Source of the DNA: Azolla caroliniana
Taxonomy: Eukaryota > Plantae > Polypodiophyta
Assembly (NCBI GenBank): GCA_043228905.1
Contig: JBHGNT010000016.1
Location: 8,184,001-8,248,000 of the forward strand
Length of the DNA: 64,000 nucleotides
Direction: 5' to 3'
Position 1 is the first letter of the stretch; every line of letters starts with the position of its first letter. The notes under the pieces are model-generated. The model was given only the letters and a program-made list of their open reading frames with translations. It ran no database searches and had not been told where the DNA came from. The translations under genes were made by a program, and so were the position numbers. Positions 1 to 13,800 of this stretch are shown here, piece by piece.

Positions 1-29
1 ATGTGAGCCCTAGAGTGACAAAGTGGACA

Positions 30-600
30 ATGTGTCTGCATCGTGCATTCCAACGTTGAGCAATCACGATTTAAGCATGTTGTGCACTAGACCGCCTGCC
101 GGAATCTAACTTCCTCCTCTTTTGGCAATGCTCTCTGTAGTGCTCCCATGGACATTGTATTATTGTTTTGCACTTGGTCCATATCGAGTACCTGGTCGAT
201 AACTTGCGTTATGGTCTTGTCTTTGAAATCAAGCATTGCCAAAGTTGTCCTAAGTGGTTCTTTAAGGATCGTTTGGAATATCTCCTTCACATCCTCATGT
301 GATGGTGGTCTTGACAATTGTTTACACAAATTTTGGAATCAGATAACAACATGGGGAACTGTTTCATATGACTCTTGATACACGGTGTAGAATTGACACA
401 TCGACTCTCTTCGTGCTACCCGTCGTTGATAGTGTTTGATGAATTTTTCGCTTAATCACTCGAAGGAGTCGGACTCTCCTTGATCATGTCGGGAATACCA
501 ATTAGCAGCCTAGCCCTCCAACAACAAACCAAATCCAACAATTTTTTATGCATTTGCGTCGGCCTCTGATAATTCACTGAGAGACATGGTTCCCCTGCCA
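30..600 (-). mobile_element. Degenerate LTR-retrotransposon gag remnant
   Basis: ORF 87-329 resembles a gag capsid region and is followed, past a stop, by Cys-rich knuckle-like codons (CTTC...CPLCHSRAH); heavily disrupted. Confidence 0.45.
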
Positions 601-749
601 TGTCATGAGGAATGCGCATAGGTGCGCCTTAGTAACCAGTTCATCATTGGAAGTTAGTTTGAAACAATAACATAGAATTGTACAATTATATCCACTTTAT
701 TTGATAGTGGGGAAATGTTGACAAAAAACAACTACAAAAAAGATCTCGT

Positions 750-3170
750 CATGGACCAAATCGGCGACAAAGATATAAAATAAAAAGGAGATAATAAGTA
801 ATTACAAAAAATACTTATTAACCAAGGAGTTTTACAAGAGAATTCGATGAACTGGACTCTTCACATAGGAAGGTTTACAACTGGTGGTGAACAAAATTGT
901 TCGACAAGAGTGTGAGGCTTCACTTTATTGGAATTATTAGTTAGGAATGACGAGCTTGATCTCACCACTCTGATGGTTGAGACCAACCCACGTGTTGCAC
1001 ATTCATGTGTTCCCCAATAAACTCAAGTAGAATCATCCTTAACGTCTTGACTACATGGCTCAAGTGTTAGTGCAATAGGCTTGTAGCCTGTAAGGCACAT
1101 GTTCTAGCCTCATGTCATGACCTCTTGAAATGGGTACCACCTCCAAATTCTTATGATGTCACTTATTTTTTTAGTGGATTAGGAAGGGTATGCCCTATGC
1201 AACCCACTTGGGAACCAACAGGAAATTTGACCGACACACCATAAAAAGTCGTAGAGTTCCATCAACAATATCCCCTTAAACCCCCAAGACCTACTACTCC
1301 AACACATACCCATAGGAGGGGGGTGGTCACAATGGGTTTCCTCCATATGGCTCCAAAAGGGAAACATGAAAGACTGGATGAAGTTTGATCAAAGGTGGTA
1401 ACTGGAGACAAAAAAACAACTTTATTAATTTGACCATTAATGCGAAAATGGTTGGGACACCGGAAGTCAAGTTTTGTGCATGGTCTCTTTGTTAGTAGAT
1501 CTTTATGGAGAAGCCAAAATAAATATCCAATCAAGAATGAAGGGGCATGTTCAAAATTTTGTTGGGCTTATTGAATTTGTCTAATTTAGATGTGCATCTC
1601 TTGTACTTGCTCCATCTCATCTAAGAAAGATTATGTAAGATGTAGGCCAAAGACTAAAAAGAAGGAATTTGTTTTGTAGAAGAATGAACAATATTATTAT
1701 AAGAAATCTCTACCATACAAAGCCAATTAATCTACTCATCATGTTGATAGGAGATAAAACAACGTAAGTATTGCTCAAGTTTTGATTGGTTTGTTCAATT
1801 TGACCATTGCTTTATGGGTGATGCCCAGAGGATAACAATTTACATATCTACAAAAGTTTCGAGAGACATTTCCAAAAACTCGCGATGAATTGCAGACCAC
1901 AATCACTAACAATAGTACATGGTAGACCATGAAGGCAAAAAACTTCTCGAAGTAGGGGTGGGATTGTAGACCATGAGCAATCATAACCTCCATGCTTTGG
2001 TAATCGTGTGATCTTAACCTTGTCGAATACATCGGCAAACTCTTGATATCTCTCTAGCATAAGAAATATTGCGAAGACCAATCAATCTTTGGGTTCAACC
2101 ATTCAAATTAAGATGATTGGTGCATGGGGACTAGAAATTACACTACAAGATATTACGTACGGAGTCTCCTTGACTTGTACCTCCAAAGGTAGTGTATAAA
2201 CTCTTACAAAACTTAAGGAGAGTTCATGCCCAACCACAACCTCCATGGCTACTATGTGTTCTAAGGCCAAAGTTGGAATTTGGGAGGTTTGAGCAAACTC
2301 ACGATCCATGATGATTGGTAATCCCATGATGATCGATGCATGGGGGGTAGAAATTAGACTAAATGAAATTATGTAATGAGAAAACCATTCCAATGTAGGA
2401 CCAATTAATAATGTTCCAATAAGACCGACATATGTTTCTTCAGTACGATATGCATACGGATGTAGTTGACGGATTAAATGTATATAATTTAGAAATCCGC
2501 ATAATTTAGATCGATTACTATCAAATGATGCATGTCATTTAATTTTAGAACTTCAAAGAGTTGCTAGTGGATCTTGAGAAACGGAAACTTCCCTAAGTTG
2601 ATGATTCTCAACTTGTAGCTCGATGACCATTTGCCCGATTTGTCAATATGTTGCCTCGGTAATTTTAAGTATCATGTTTAATGTGCATTCCCTCATGTTG
2701 ATTTATAACCAGCCTATAATGGGTGAGTTGACAATCAAAGCCCCGGTGAATAATGGTCATAACTATAATGGTTCTCTCGAAGAGGCGAAGGATATAATTG
2801 GAATGGTTGATTCCTAATGAATAGGTTCTAATTTTCATTGTTCAAGACGGGCAGTAATACTAAAATACAAGCTCTTCTTATGGCAACCACCACTGGACGT
2901 TGTTGTTTAGAAGTCAAAACATAAATAATAAATTGAATCAAATATAATAATAATAATAATAAGAGCATACCTAAGTGGTGAAGACTATTGATAATAAGGA
3001 AGATGTAGAGTCCGAATCTTGTTAGATTCCCATTCAAACTATCATTGGACCAATCCGAGAAGGAAAGACAAACATATAAATTAGAAAAGGAGATAAGAAG
3101 TAAATAAGGGAAATATTATATTAACCAAGGAGTTTTATTACAGAATTTGATGAAGGGGACTCTTGAAATG
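750..3170 (-). mobile_element. Highly degenerate Ty3/gypsy remnant bounded by diverged ~110-bp direct repeats
   Basis: Repeat GGACCAA...AAAAGGAGATAA...TTAACCAAGGAGTTTTA...GATGAA..GGACTCTT at ~752-860 and ~3047-3165; between them fragments such as YQEFADVFDK, HGLPCTIVSDCGLQF and RPCTKLDFR, matching pol pieces of the intact element at 33-39 kb. Confidence 0.55.
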
Positions 3171-3184
3171 TAATGACTCAATTA

Positions 3185-4701
3185 TCAAAGAGAAGACCAA
3201 AATGGCAGTCCAGGAATCGAATAACCACCATCAACGATAAAAATGTTACCAGTGATGTACGATGAAGAATCGCTTGCAAGAAACACTACCAAAGATGTTA
3301 AATCTGGATTTACATGCCCCCACCTTTGTAAAGGTACCAGCTTTTGTGCAGCCTCATGTATCCAAGCCTTTGCAAACAGCCCTTCAGTAAGCTGGGATTT
3401 GAATATTCCCGCTGCGATCGCATTGACACGGATACTGAACTTTCCGAGTTCTATTGCCATTACCTACACAATAAACATAGGTGTGTGTTTTTGCAAATGA
3501 CAATGCCTTATCAAATCTTAGCTAATCTAACACCACATCCTCATTCCATTTCATAGATAAACACAAAAGTCTTGATTTCATATGATAGAAAAGGGTAAGA
3601 TATTACACTATATGCACACCTTTGTCAGTTGATTCACAGCTGCCTTAGAAGGCGCATAGGCAGAATGTCCCACAAAGAGACCACGCTCGAGACCTGATAT
3701 CGAGGATATATTGATGATCGATCCAGCTATGTTTGCTGAACGCATGCGTTTGCCGATCGCCTTGCTCATTAACCACAACCCTCGTAAATTTGTGTTCATT
3801 ACTTTGTTCCATTCATCCCCATCCAAGTTAAGCGACAACTTCACCTCGCCTAAGGAAAGCACACGTGAGACGATCATCTTTGCGTCTTAGGTTCAGACAC
3901 TAATTTGCACTGATGGGAAGGAGCAGTTCAGTTCCATGTACGCTATTAAAATTTTACAGAGATAAGAATGAAGCAACCATGGTGTTCCAGAAGATCTTTC
4001 TTTAGGAGTTCTACGGTATTCTCTTTTTGAACCTACTGCCAATCCAATATCCTTATGTCCTTCCATATGATTGGGGAGCATGATTCAGATGCCCAACTAT
4101 ATGATTGATCACTTATTGAGATTTTGAGTGCTACCCAATATTATGGAAAAGAACATGTCATGGATAAGTTAGGAAGACACTTTGAATCTTCCCGGACTCT
4201 TGATCTTACATATCCATCTGTTACACTAACACCCCGAAACCTTATCAAATTCCAGGTATGTGTATGCATATATGATAGTTACATATACATTACCCTTTTT
4301 CTGGGCATGACCGATTATGGTGGGAAAGCCAAATGAAGAACAGCAGGCAGAGACGATGGCCTACCTACTAGGCCGGCATTGTTGATAAGGATATCGATCC
4401 GTCCAAAGGCATCCCAAGCTTTTTGGACTGCAGCATCGAGAAGCGACTCCTCTGAAGCGCTCACATCGAGCTCGATCAGGGCATGGTAAGGCCTACCTGC
4501 TATTTCTTCTTCTTCTTCTTCTTCTAGTTTTGGTTGTTCTAGTTGTTGCAGGAGGTCCCTGAGGAGGTTTGTTCTGCGTGCAGCGGCTACGACATGGCAT
4601 CCGTGGGAGGCGAGGCTGAGGCAGAAGTGTCTGCCCAGGCCAGAGGACGCCCCACTGACCATCACCACCTTCCCCTTTAACCCCTTCATCTCCATCTCCA
4701 T
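3185..4701 (-). CDS. Peroxisomal short-chain dehydrogenase/reductase (NAD(P)-binding Rossmann fold), 3 exons: 4701-4365, 3849-3620, 3463-3185; 281 aa
   Basis: SGASSGLG glycine motif, NNAG, NISS, catalytic YAPSK, IRVNAIAAG and VDGG; GT-AG introns restore the frame (846 nt total); C-terminal SSL is a plant PTS1. Confidence 0.92.
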
Positions 4702-4759
4702 CTGCTTCTGCTTCAATCACAAAATGAAGAGAGATTCTAGCCAGAGGAACAGAAGCGAG

Positions 4760-4820
4760 TAAGCCCGAATTCGAACCCAAGACCTAGGACTAATAGCATA
4801 ACAGTTTATTACTAGGCTAA
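4760..4820 (-). promoter_or_regulatory. tRNA-like Pol III A/B-box module (SINE-head-like) just upstream of the SDR ATG
   Basis: Minus strand TAGCCTAGTAA (4819-4809) and GGTTCGAATTC (4777-4767); T8-to-G53 spacing 43 nt; no full cloverleaf. Confidence 0.5.
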
Positions 4821-4849
4821 AGTAACTATGGTTAAGAAAGATTGATCTT

Positions 4850-5320
4850 CATATATATATATATATAGATATATAGATAGATAGATAGATATAGAGGGAG
4901 GGACGGATTTTATTATGGTCTTCTAGAGCTCAAATATGACCAAAAATATTACATCTCCACGTAATACATTTGTTCTAGAGCGTAGGGACTTTCGATATTT
5001 AAAATACTTTACCAATGAATATTGCAATCAAGCGTGCACACATTGTGACAATGAGAGAAGTTCGTACATCGATTGGGTTTGGCCGAACATGTGTGGAAAG
5101 CATAGTCGAATGTGGTCAATGGTACAACATTGTATCATAGTGTGATACTCAGAAGCTCATTGATTGCTCTCATCTCTTGTACACCAACGCCTTGTCTCAC
5201 ATCACAGTGCATGCGAATGAAGTCGCATGGAAGCAGTGATTCAGATGTAAGACAACAAGATGGGCTCTAACATGTATCAACGTGTGTTGTTTCCGTACTC
5301 CGCGAATAATAGGGTTTTGT
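4850..5320 (-). mobile_element. 3' fragment of an RTE-type LINE with (TATC)n/(TA)n tail
   Basis: Aligns by eye with 57360-57830 (e.g. ACCAAAAATATTACAT; GATGGGCTCTAACAT); both copies end next to a GATA-type microsatellite. Confidence 0.65.
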
Positions 5321-5677
5321 AGTTAGGTGCAACTTCTCATAAATTTAGGAAATTGCAAGCATATATTCACTTGGCACCCCGAATTCATTCGCCTCCAAAG
5401 CTTTCTTGAAGTCTACAAAGCAACAATAGACTTTCCTTCATTAATACTTAGAGTGTGACAAGGTGATTGATGGTGTTATGTGTTTTCGAAAGCCAACTTG
5501 TCCATTGTCATGGACAAGTATAATAGAGTAGAGTAAACACAAGACTAAAAAACAAGAGAGAGGAAAAGAACAAGAACTCAACTTATAGAATCTATAACTA
5601 GTGTTGTTCACCTTGATTAGAATCAAGGTGCACCTGAGTATTTATACCAGAAGGTAGGACTATGTAAGCCAGCTAGA

Positions 5678-5790
5678 AATAGAGAATGCATGAGGATGCA
5701 CGCAATAGAGAATGCACGAGGATGCATGCAATAGAGAATGCATGAGAATGTGTGCAAGCTAGAAATGAGGATGCATGTAAGCTAGGAACT
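5678..5790. repeat. 26-bp tandem repeat (about 3 copies plus degenerate copies)
   Basis: AATAGAGAATGCAYGAGGATGCAYGC repeated three times; may be U3 of an old solo LTR. Confidence 0.75.
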
Positions 5791-5842
5791 TCCAATGTTC
5801 AATCTACACTACATGAAGTTATAGATTTATAAGGATGTATAT

Positions 5843-5917
5843 GTAGCTCAATTGGTAGGGTTGCCCAATAGAGACAATGAGGTCTTGTGTTCAATCCCTT
5901 CCTTCCTCTGTGGCATA
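5843..5917 (+). mobile_element. tRNA-derived SINE-like head (single unit of the dimer at 41.4-41.8 kb and 60.3-60.5 kb)
   Basis: GTAGCTCAATTGGTAGGGTTGCCCAATAGAGAC...GTTCAATCCC matches 60325-60397. Confidence 0.65.
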
Positions 5918-6299
5918 TGTCTATGACATCTGTAAGTTGTCTTACCATTTTTTCAACTCATACACTTATCTTTGATTCTATTATACATGCAAATAATTAT
6001 CATTAGCAAGCCAACCATGATAGTTCGGTAGTTGTTTATAATATAATTTATATCTCTGCCTTTATGTAAAGGTTTGATACAATTTGTAGTCAAATCGTAG
6101 GGCATGACATGTTGCAATGCATGATTAGACATATGACTTATCCATGCATGCGCTTCCTTTCTTGTTTATTTGAGCATTAATACATTAAAGATCTCTTGCC
6201 TTTCAAGGGACCAATTTCTTAAATCATATCAATATAAGAGATAGGGGTACAATAGGAAACTTAGAGGCAATGACCTCTAACTTTATACCTTTGCCAACC

Positions 6300-6319
6300 G
6301 GCGGTTACAATAGAAAAGG

Positions 6320-6370
<51 letters not shown>

Positions 6371-8893
6371 AACCTCTGTACAACAATAATAACAATGATA
6401 ACAACACAATCAAGTGATTTCCCTAAGTCATATTTATACTTATATGACTTTAGGACTATTTACAAATATAGCCATGATAGGCACACTAGAAACATATTTA
6501 CAGATATGTCCCTGGATCTAGTTCCCAATTACCTCTTTACCGGTTTCTACAGCCGCCATGTACTCCGCTTCCGTTGTTGATAGTGCAACGGATTTCTGCA
6601 CCCTCGACTACCACGATACGGCTCCCCTTGCATATGTCATGACATATCTGGACGTGGACTGGGTGGTATCTACATCAACTGACATGTCTGAATCCGTGAA
6701 TCCTTCAAGTTGTGGTTTACCTAAGCTGAATCGGAGGCACATACTTGAGGTGCCTTTCAAGTACTGGAGTATCCACTTGACCGCGTTCCATTGTTCTCTT
6801 CCTGGATTGCTCATGAACCGGCTGACCACTCCAACAACATATTTGATATCCGGTTGGGTACACACCATTGCGTACATCAAGCTTCCAACTACGGAGGCAT
6901 ACGGTATCTGCATCATTTTTGACTTCTCTGCCTTTGTCTTCCAGCTCTGATTTCCAGGCAGATTGCAATTTGCCAGAAGTGTCGATCCGACCGGCTTCGC
7001 ATTGAACCGTTGGAGCACCTTCGTCACGTACCTCTCTTGTGACATCCATAATAGCTTCTTCATCCGGTCCCAGACTATGTGCATCCCCAATATTTGTCTT
7101 GCCGAACCCAAATCTTTCATTGAGAAGGTTTGGTTCAAGGCCTTCTTCAGATTCCCGATTTTGATTCGATCACTGTCCGACGATCAACATGTCATCCACA
7201 TACAGAAGTAGTATCATGAAGTCTCCTCCGTCAAACTTCTTTACAAATACGTAGTGGTCGGCCTGCATCTTGTGGTATCCTTGGTCGGTCACGAAGGAGT
7301 CGAACTTTCGGTACCATTACCGGGGAGCTTGCTTCAGTCCTTACAAGCTCTTCTTCAACCGGCACACCAGGTTCTCCTTTCCTTTCTTGACAAATCCTTT
7401 TGGTTGCTGCATTTAGATCTCTTCTTTGAGGTCGCCATGCAGGAACATCGTCTTGACTTCTAGATGCTCTACCTCGAGGTCCATGCTTGCCGCTATGCTC
7501 AACATAGTCCGAATGGACATCATCTTGACTACCAGGGCCAAGATCTCGTTGAAATCCACTCCTTTCTTCTGTTGAAACCCCTTCACCACGATCCGGGCTT
7601 TGTATCTTGGTGGATTTCCGGCGTCTCCCGGTTTCAGCTTGTACACCCACTTGTTCAATAGCTCCGTCAATTCATATGTGTGGTTCTCATGCAGGGAATC
7701 CATTTCGTCTTGCATGGCACTTAACCACTTGCGGTTGTGGGTGTCTTTCTTTGCTTCTTCGAAGCTTTCCAGCTCCCCCTCGTCGGTCAGCAACACATGC
7801 TCTTCATCCAAAAATCTCCGGGGGGCTCTTCTCTCCATGAGAGGATATCATCTTCCATGGTTTTCGACCACCAGTTCCTCGGTTTGCTCTTCATTTGAAT
7901 CCGATTCAGGGTCTTGTCCAGTTCAGTGTCAAAATCTTCTTCTTCAGTCAATTCGGTTTCTTGTCCGACTCCGGCTGGTTCTTCGAGTGTCATCTGGCTT
8001 CCGGCTGGATGGGTCCTTGCATCTTCTAACCGATCTCTGTCGATCAACCTAGAGTTCGCTATCTTCTTCTCTGACTCCTAGTTGGCAATGGTCTTGTCTT
8101 CCATGAAGACTATGTCATGACTCCGGAAGACCTTCTTGTCGACCAAGTTCCACACTCAGTACCCGAACTTGTCATCTCCGTATCCAAGGAATATGCATGG
8201 CCAGGACTTCGGATCCAGTTTCGCTCTCTTGTCCTTTGCAACATGCACGTAAGCGAACACCTTTAGATGCTGATAAGACACGTCTTTACCAATCCATACT
8301 CTCTGTGGTGTGTCTCCTTCCAAGGGTGTTGAGGATGATCTGTTTATCACATATAGGTCATTGTCATCAGCGCCTCAACCCAAAACGTCTTGGGTAACTT
8401 TGCATGTGCTAGCATGCTCCGGACTCTCTCCATTATTGTCCGGTTCATTCTCTCGCCCAGCCCGTTCAGTTCCAGTGCCTTCGGTATGGTGAATTCGAGC
8501 CGGATTCCCTTCAACCGACAGTACTCCTCGAACTTCCCCCAGTATTCTCCTTCGTTGTCTACTCGAACCGCCTTCAGCTTCCAGCCAGTCTCCCTTTCCA
8601 CTCTCGCATGGAAGTCCTTGAAGACGGATAGTAACTGGTCCTTCGTCTTTAGCGGTGAGACCCATAGCTTCCGGTTGTGGTCGTCTATGAGCGTCCCCAA
8701 GTACTATGATCCGGCATGTGACTTCGTGTCCACTTGGCATACATCGGTATGCACAAGCTCCAACGGTGCATTCCGTCTCATCGGTGGTCTTCATTGGAAC
8801 GAAGTTCGGTTTTGCTTGCCAGCCAAGCAATCAGTGCACTTCTCATGTTGCACGTCTTTTACCTCCGAAATGAGGTTATCTTCGGCTAGTCTT
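6300..8893 (-). mobile_element. Degenerate Ty1/copia element 1 (integrase, RT, start of RNase H)
   Basis: Integrase (VRVDNEGEY, RMNRTIMERVRSML), RT (KWVYKLK, YKARIVVKG, MKDLGSARQILG, YAMVCTQPD); frameshifts; cut at 8893 by an LTR; left boundary approximate. Confidence 0.85.
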
Positions 8894-9657
8894 TGTTATG
8901 AAGGCGCTCCGGCTCTTCTTAATGCACAATGGATCGTGAAGTGTTGGATCGTTTAGTGTGCTCAAGATAGAAAAGGAAGGAGAAAGGAGACTTACCTCTG
9001 TAGCAACCCAAAAGCTTCTATTTCATTACGTGCAGAGAGAACCTCTCTCCTCAGTCTTCTCCTACATCTCACTCTTACTTTTCACCTAAGTATATAAGTG
9101 ACTTACATATTCATAGCTAAATAGTTGTTTTTTATGTCCACTAGTAGCTAATTTCCTAATAGCTACTATAAAAGATCTTATTTCCCAATAAGCATCACAT
9201 CCTTTTGTTGAGCTTGTTTCTTAACACTCCCCCTCAAGCTCAACTTAGCCTTTCTTGAGGTCATCTTCAATCTTCTTTTCTTCATGCTTTTCAGCTATCA
9301 TACCAATGCTTATAACTCCCATCATGTCCCGAAACTGTGTATGTTTTTCTATGCTCAGTCTCTTTGTAAGAATATCAGCCACTTGTTGATTTGTGCTTAC
9401 ATACAATAGATCCACATCTCCATCAATCACTTTTTCTCTAACAAAATGATAATGCACTTCAATGTGCTTTGTTCTTGCATGGAACACTGAGTTTTTGTCG
9501 AGCTGAATGTTGCTCATATTGTCACACCAAATGATGTGACTGCACCATCTATATACTCTCCCAAATCAGCAAGCAATCTTTTGATCCATACCTCTTCAAG
9601 TTAAGTGGCTATTGCAACTCCTCTATATTCAACTTCAGTACTTGATAATGCAATAGT
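8894..9657 (-). mobile_element. 3' end of Ty1/copia element 2 (RNase H, PPT, 3' LTR ~8894-9226)
   Basis: FHARTKHIEVHYHFVRE...QVADILTK; PPT GAGGGGGAG next to TGTTAAG; LTR TG...CA interrupts the pre-integrase region of copia 1. Confidence 0.75.
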
Positions 9658-10812
9658 TGTCATGATATGACAATATTCGAACCCATGACCTTATGTTGCA
9701 TGGGTCGAGCCCTTGCCATTAGACTATATATTGTAATACGAAAGATATCATTTTCATTTATTATTTCACTATAGAAAATTGATGTATTTTTCCAAATTTC
9801 TCTGGAACATTCCAGAAACTTCAGGAGTACTCCTGAAAACACTATAAAAGGAGACACAAGGCATTATTTCAAACCAAATTGGTTCAATGCTAGTCTTAAG
9901 CCTCACAACTATTCTTGTACTTACTCTTAATATAATATATCTTTTGTTATCGTCACTCTCTCTCTCTCTCTCTCTCTCGATCTAGACCCCTCTCTTTCTC
10001 TCTCTCTCTCTGTCCTTCTCTAGTGAGTTCTACACCCTTTTCTCTCTGTTAGTACTAATTCACATTTTTTAGTACTAATTCCATCTTTGTCTTAGTATTG
10101 TTCTTGACAGTTTGATCGATTTTCCTCAGCCTCTTACCCCTCCTTCCTTTCATACTAATCCTCTTATCCTCCCTAGTAAAATGACAACTGTTAGCGCTTA
10201 GGAATACCAATCTGTTTTCTCGGAGCTTCAGTGCTTAAAAGAGAAGTTTGTAGCACTAGGGCAAGAAAATCACGGTCTATTGGGGGATCTTCAACAAATA
10301 ACTTTAGAAAAACAACAACACGGGGAGCTGACGTTACGTGTACAAAAACTTGAAGCGACTATTGTATCACTACAACAACAAGGATCAAGCGCTCAAGGGA
10401 CTCACAAAGAACCCAAGATCAGACTTCCTATGAAATTTGATGGGACTCGATCACAGTTTAGAGGTTTTCTTAATCAGGTATGCTTAGTGATTCAAATGCA
10501 TCCTTCTCGATATCCCACTGATGCATCATGAGTGGGACTAGTAGGCATGCTACTTAGTGGCACGACTTTGGCATGGTTCGCCCCTTGTTAGAAAAAAACT
10601 CTCCCTTGTTAAACAAATTCGAAGAGTTCATTAGCGAGTTTAAAGCCTGTTTTGGAGATACCGATAGTGTTAGGATGGCAATCAACAAAATCCGAAAATT
10701 GCGCCTAGGTGAGTGGCTGGCCTTGGCTTATGCTGTGGATTTTCGTCTTCTCACCACCGATATTCCCTGGGATGACCAGAAATTAATGGAGCCATTTCGT
10801 TTTGGCCTACGT

Positions 10813-13800
10813 TGTTGCGTTATTACGCGCGTGCGTGTAGAACGAGGCGAGACCATGGGGGTCTTGGACCGAGGAACAAGAGAGCAGGAGGGGAGCAAGA
10901 AAGACAACGGTCGTGCTTCGCACACACACAAATACACAGAAACTGCAACCGATTGAAACAAGATGAATGTGTGTATGTATATATATATATATCAGATGAA
11001 AGGGGTTACAACCGGCGGGCCGGTGAGCGACAAGCTCTGACGCCTACACGCACACACGCGCGAGATGGAGACTCTGCCGGAAGCACTCGGGCGTTCCGTG
11101 GAGCAAAGTCAGCCTCCTGAAAACTTGCACAACACAAATACAAAGAAAGACGGAGGAGAAGAGCTTGATCCCAGTCCAACAACACTTTGTCCTCAACCAA
11201 AGCGATTTTACGATTCCTCTCCCTCTCTTTTATAGCCCAAGGAGGGAGGCCGTTACAACCTGTTACATCATCTTTATTCTCTGTCCTTTCAGACAGAGAT
11301 ATGCCTCAATTTCCTACCTATCAAATCTGTGTGACCTAGGATATTCACATCAGTCGACTTGTAGCTAAATATGTACATTACAACAAAACTTGTGCACTCG
11401 TGTAAGGGCCGGTTCGCCCACATTATTCTCCGATTCCGCCTAGGGACGGTTTTCTCCATGACATCCGCCCCCACCTAACTGCACATCCACTAGTATGCGC
11501 CAAAATAGACTCTTGCCGGAGAAGACCGGCCCACGCTTACCCTTCATCCTCCAGATCGCCATTCACTCCGAACCGGTCGTCCTCGCTATTCATGTCGTCT
11601 GGGTTCAGTTCATCCTCGTGCCGCATTTTGAATGCTTTGATCCTTTTCCCAGCCACCAGTACTGCCATCCTCATCCCGTCGAGCTCCACAAGATGGTAGG
11701 TCCCATTGTTGTTGGCGCTTGTCACCACGTAAGGCCCGAACCACCTCCTTGCAAATTTCCGCATCGCCTTGTGCTAGTTGTCGAGGCTTGCATCATATAC
11801 CAGAACCCAGTCCCCTTCCTCAATTTTCTTTGACCTTAGTCAGTGGGTCCGGTCGAATCGTCCCTTGTTCTTTACCGTCGCGGCCTGTTGCTTTTCCGCG
11901 GCTAGTTCCACATCCTTCGGTCTTTGCAAGAGTTGTCAGATCCGCACCGCTAACAGCTCCTCCCAGCTCATCTCGTCTCCCCAATCCACTGTGGCCCATG
12001 AGGAGATCGTTCACTCCATCGGCATGACCGACTTCTGCCCGTACATAAGCTCCGTTGGCATGAACCCAATTACCAAACTGTGCGTAGTTCGGTCGGCCCA
12101 CAACGCATAGGGTAAGAGCCGCGGCCAGTTTCCGACTTGGCCTCCACATGCCCGCACTAAGGCTTTGACGATCGGCCCGGGTCCGCGTTCCACGTTCCCG
12201 TTCGCCTCTACATTGTACGTCATGGTGAGCGAGAGTTTAACCCCTAGCTGGTCAAACAGCTCTTCAGCCTCTTGTGCATCCAGTTCTCCACGGTCGGCTA
12301 CGATCTTTCCTACGCACCCGTACTGGCATACCACTTCTTCGATCAGAAATCAACACACGACCGCGGTTGTTTTGTTTTGCAACGCTTGGCCTTCCACCTG
12401 GTTCGTCAGGTCCTCTCGAGCCAGCACCAGATATCGCATCTGCCTGACCCACATCGAAATCATCACCAGATCCACCATCCATTTGAAGTGGACGGTCGGA
12501 GGGTAGGTCGGGTGGAGCTCATCCCGATGTCGGACTATGGAGTGCATCTGACAGCTTTCGCAAGCTATCACGAAGCAATGCACATCCCGGTATAGTGCCG
12601 GCCACCAGTACTTCCCCTTCAGCTTCTCGAATGTGGCCCACGTCCCACGGTGTCCGGCCTAGGGACTCTCGTGGTACGCCGTCAGCAGTTCCTCCTGTTC
12701 CTCTTTCTTCGCCACAACCCGGAGTGGGATGTCGTTTCTCTTCTTCGGGTGCTTCCATATGCACCCATCCCGTAGGAAGAATTGGTATGCTTTCTTCCGA
12801 ATCCGGTTGGTCTCTTCCTTCATCCACGCCACATCCGGTATCATTGTCTTTAGGAACCTGCCGATCTGTAGCCACTCCCGGTCGTACTTGCTCTCATCGA
12901 ACTCGTTAAGCACCGGAGTGCTCCCCTTCCTTGTTGCTACGTAAGCCGTCTCGAAGAAGTCCACGCCGACTTCTTCGTCCTCCGAAACCATGTTGTCATC
13001 ATCATTGAATCTCACCCTCGAAAGCATGTCGGCCATGGCGTTGTCCTTTCTGGAAATGTGTCGTATTTCCGGATTCAGGGACTTGATGTACGCTATCCAC
13101 CTGAGCATTGCCAGGTCCGGCGTCATGCATCCGGAAACCATACCGAGAAGCGGCAGGTAGTCCGTCTCAATTATCACCTCCGTCCCGATTAGGTAGTCCT
13201 TGTCGGCCTTGACCGCCGAAACGATACCCCAGAGTTCGCGTTTAACTTGGGCGTACCCTCGTTGTCGTTCACTAAGGACTTTCGCGCCGAACCGGATGGG
13301 GAACCTCGTGCTATTATAATCCTCTTGGTTGATCACCCATCCGATTCTGGTCGGACTCGTGTCTACGGTCACGTAAACCGGAATGTCTTTACCGTAGACC
13401 GCTTTCCGGAGTGCCGGTGCCGCAGCAAGTGCTTCTTTCATTTTCCGGACCGACTCCGTATGCTCCTCTCTCCACTCGAATTTACGCCCTTTCTTCAGCA
13501 ATCCATAGAGCGGCTCCACAACATGGGCGTAATGTGGGATCCAGATATGGTAGAATGCGCATGTTCCCAAGAATCTCCAGACTTCCGTGACCGAATTGCA
13601 GTCACGCTTCATCACAGAGATGGCCTCTACCTTGGCCGGCGATGGTTTCCGACCGAATGGCCCGCATAGGTGCCCGAAGTCCATGACCTTTGATTGCCCG
13701 AAGGCTGATTTTTCCCCGAAGAAGGTGAGCCTCACGCCCTCTAGTCTTTGCATCACCTTCTCGCAATCATCGACATGATCCGCCACGAATTTCCGGCATC

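Noticed and set aside
5678-5790. CRISPR-like periodic repeat
   Set aside because: Head-to-tail units without unique spacers, no cas genes, eukaryotic context.
5470-5813. Possible solo LTR around the 26-bp tandem repeat
   Set aside because: TATA-like box and TG/CA candidates exist, but no convincing TSD or second copy.
11360-11422. Weak antisense A/B-box pair in the U3 of element B (TAGCTAAAT...GGTTCGCCC)
   Set aside because: Both boxes deviate from consensus and spacing is ~50 nt; not distinguishable from chance by eye.
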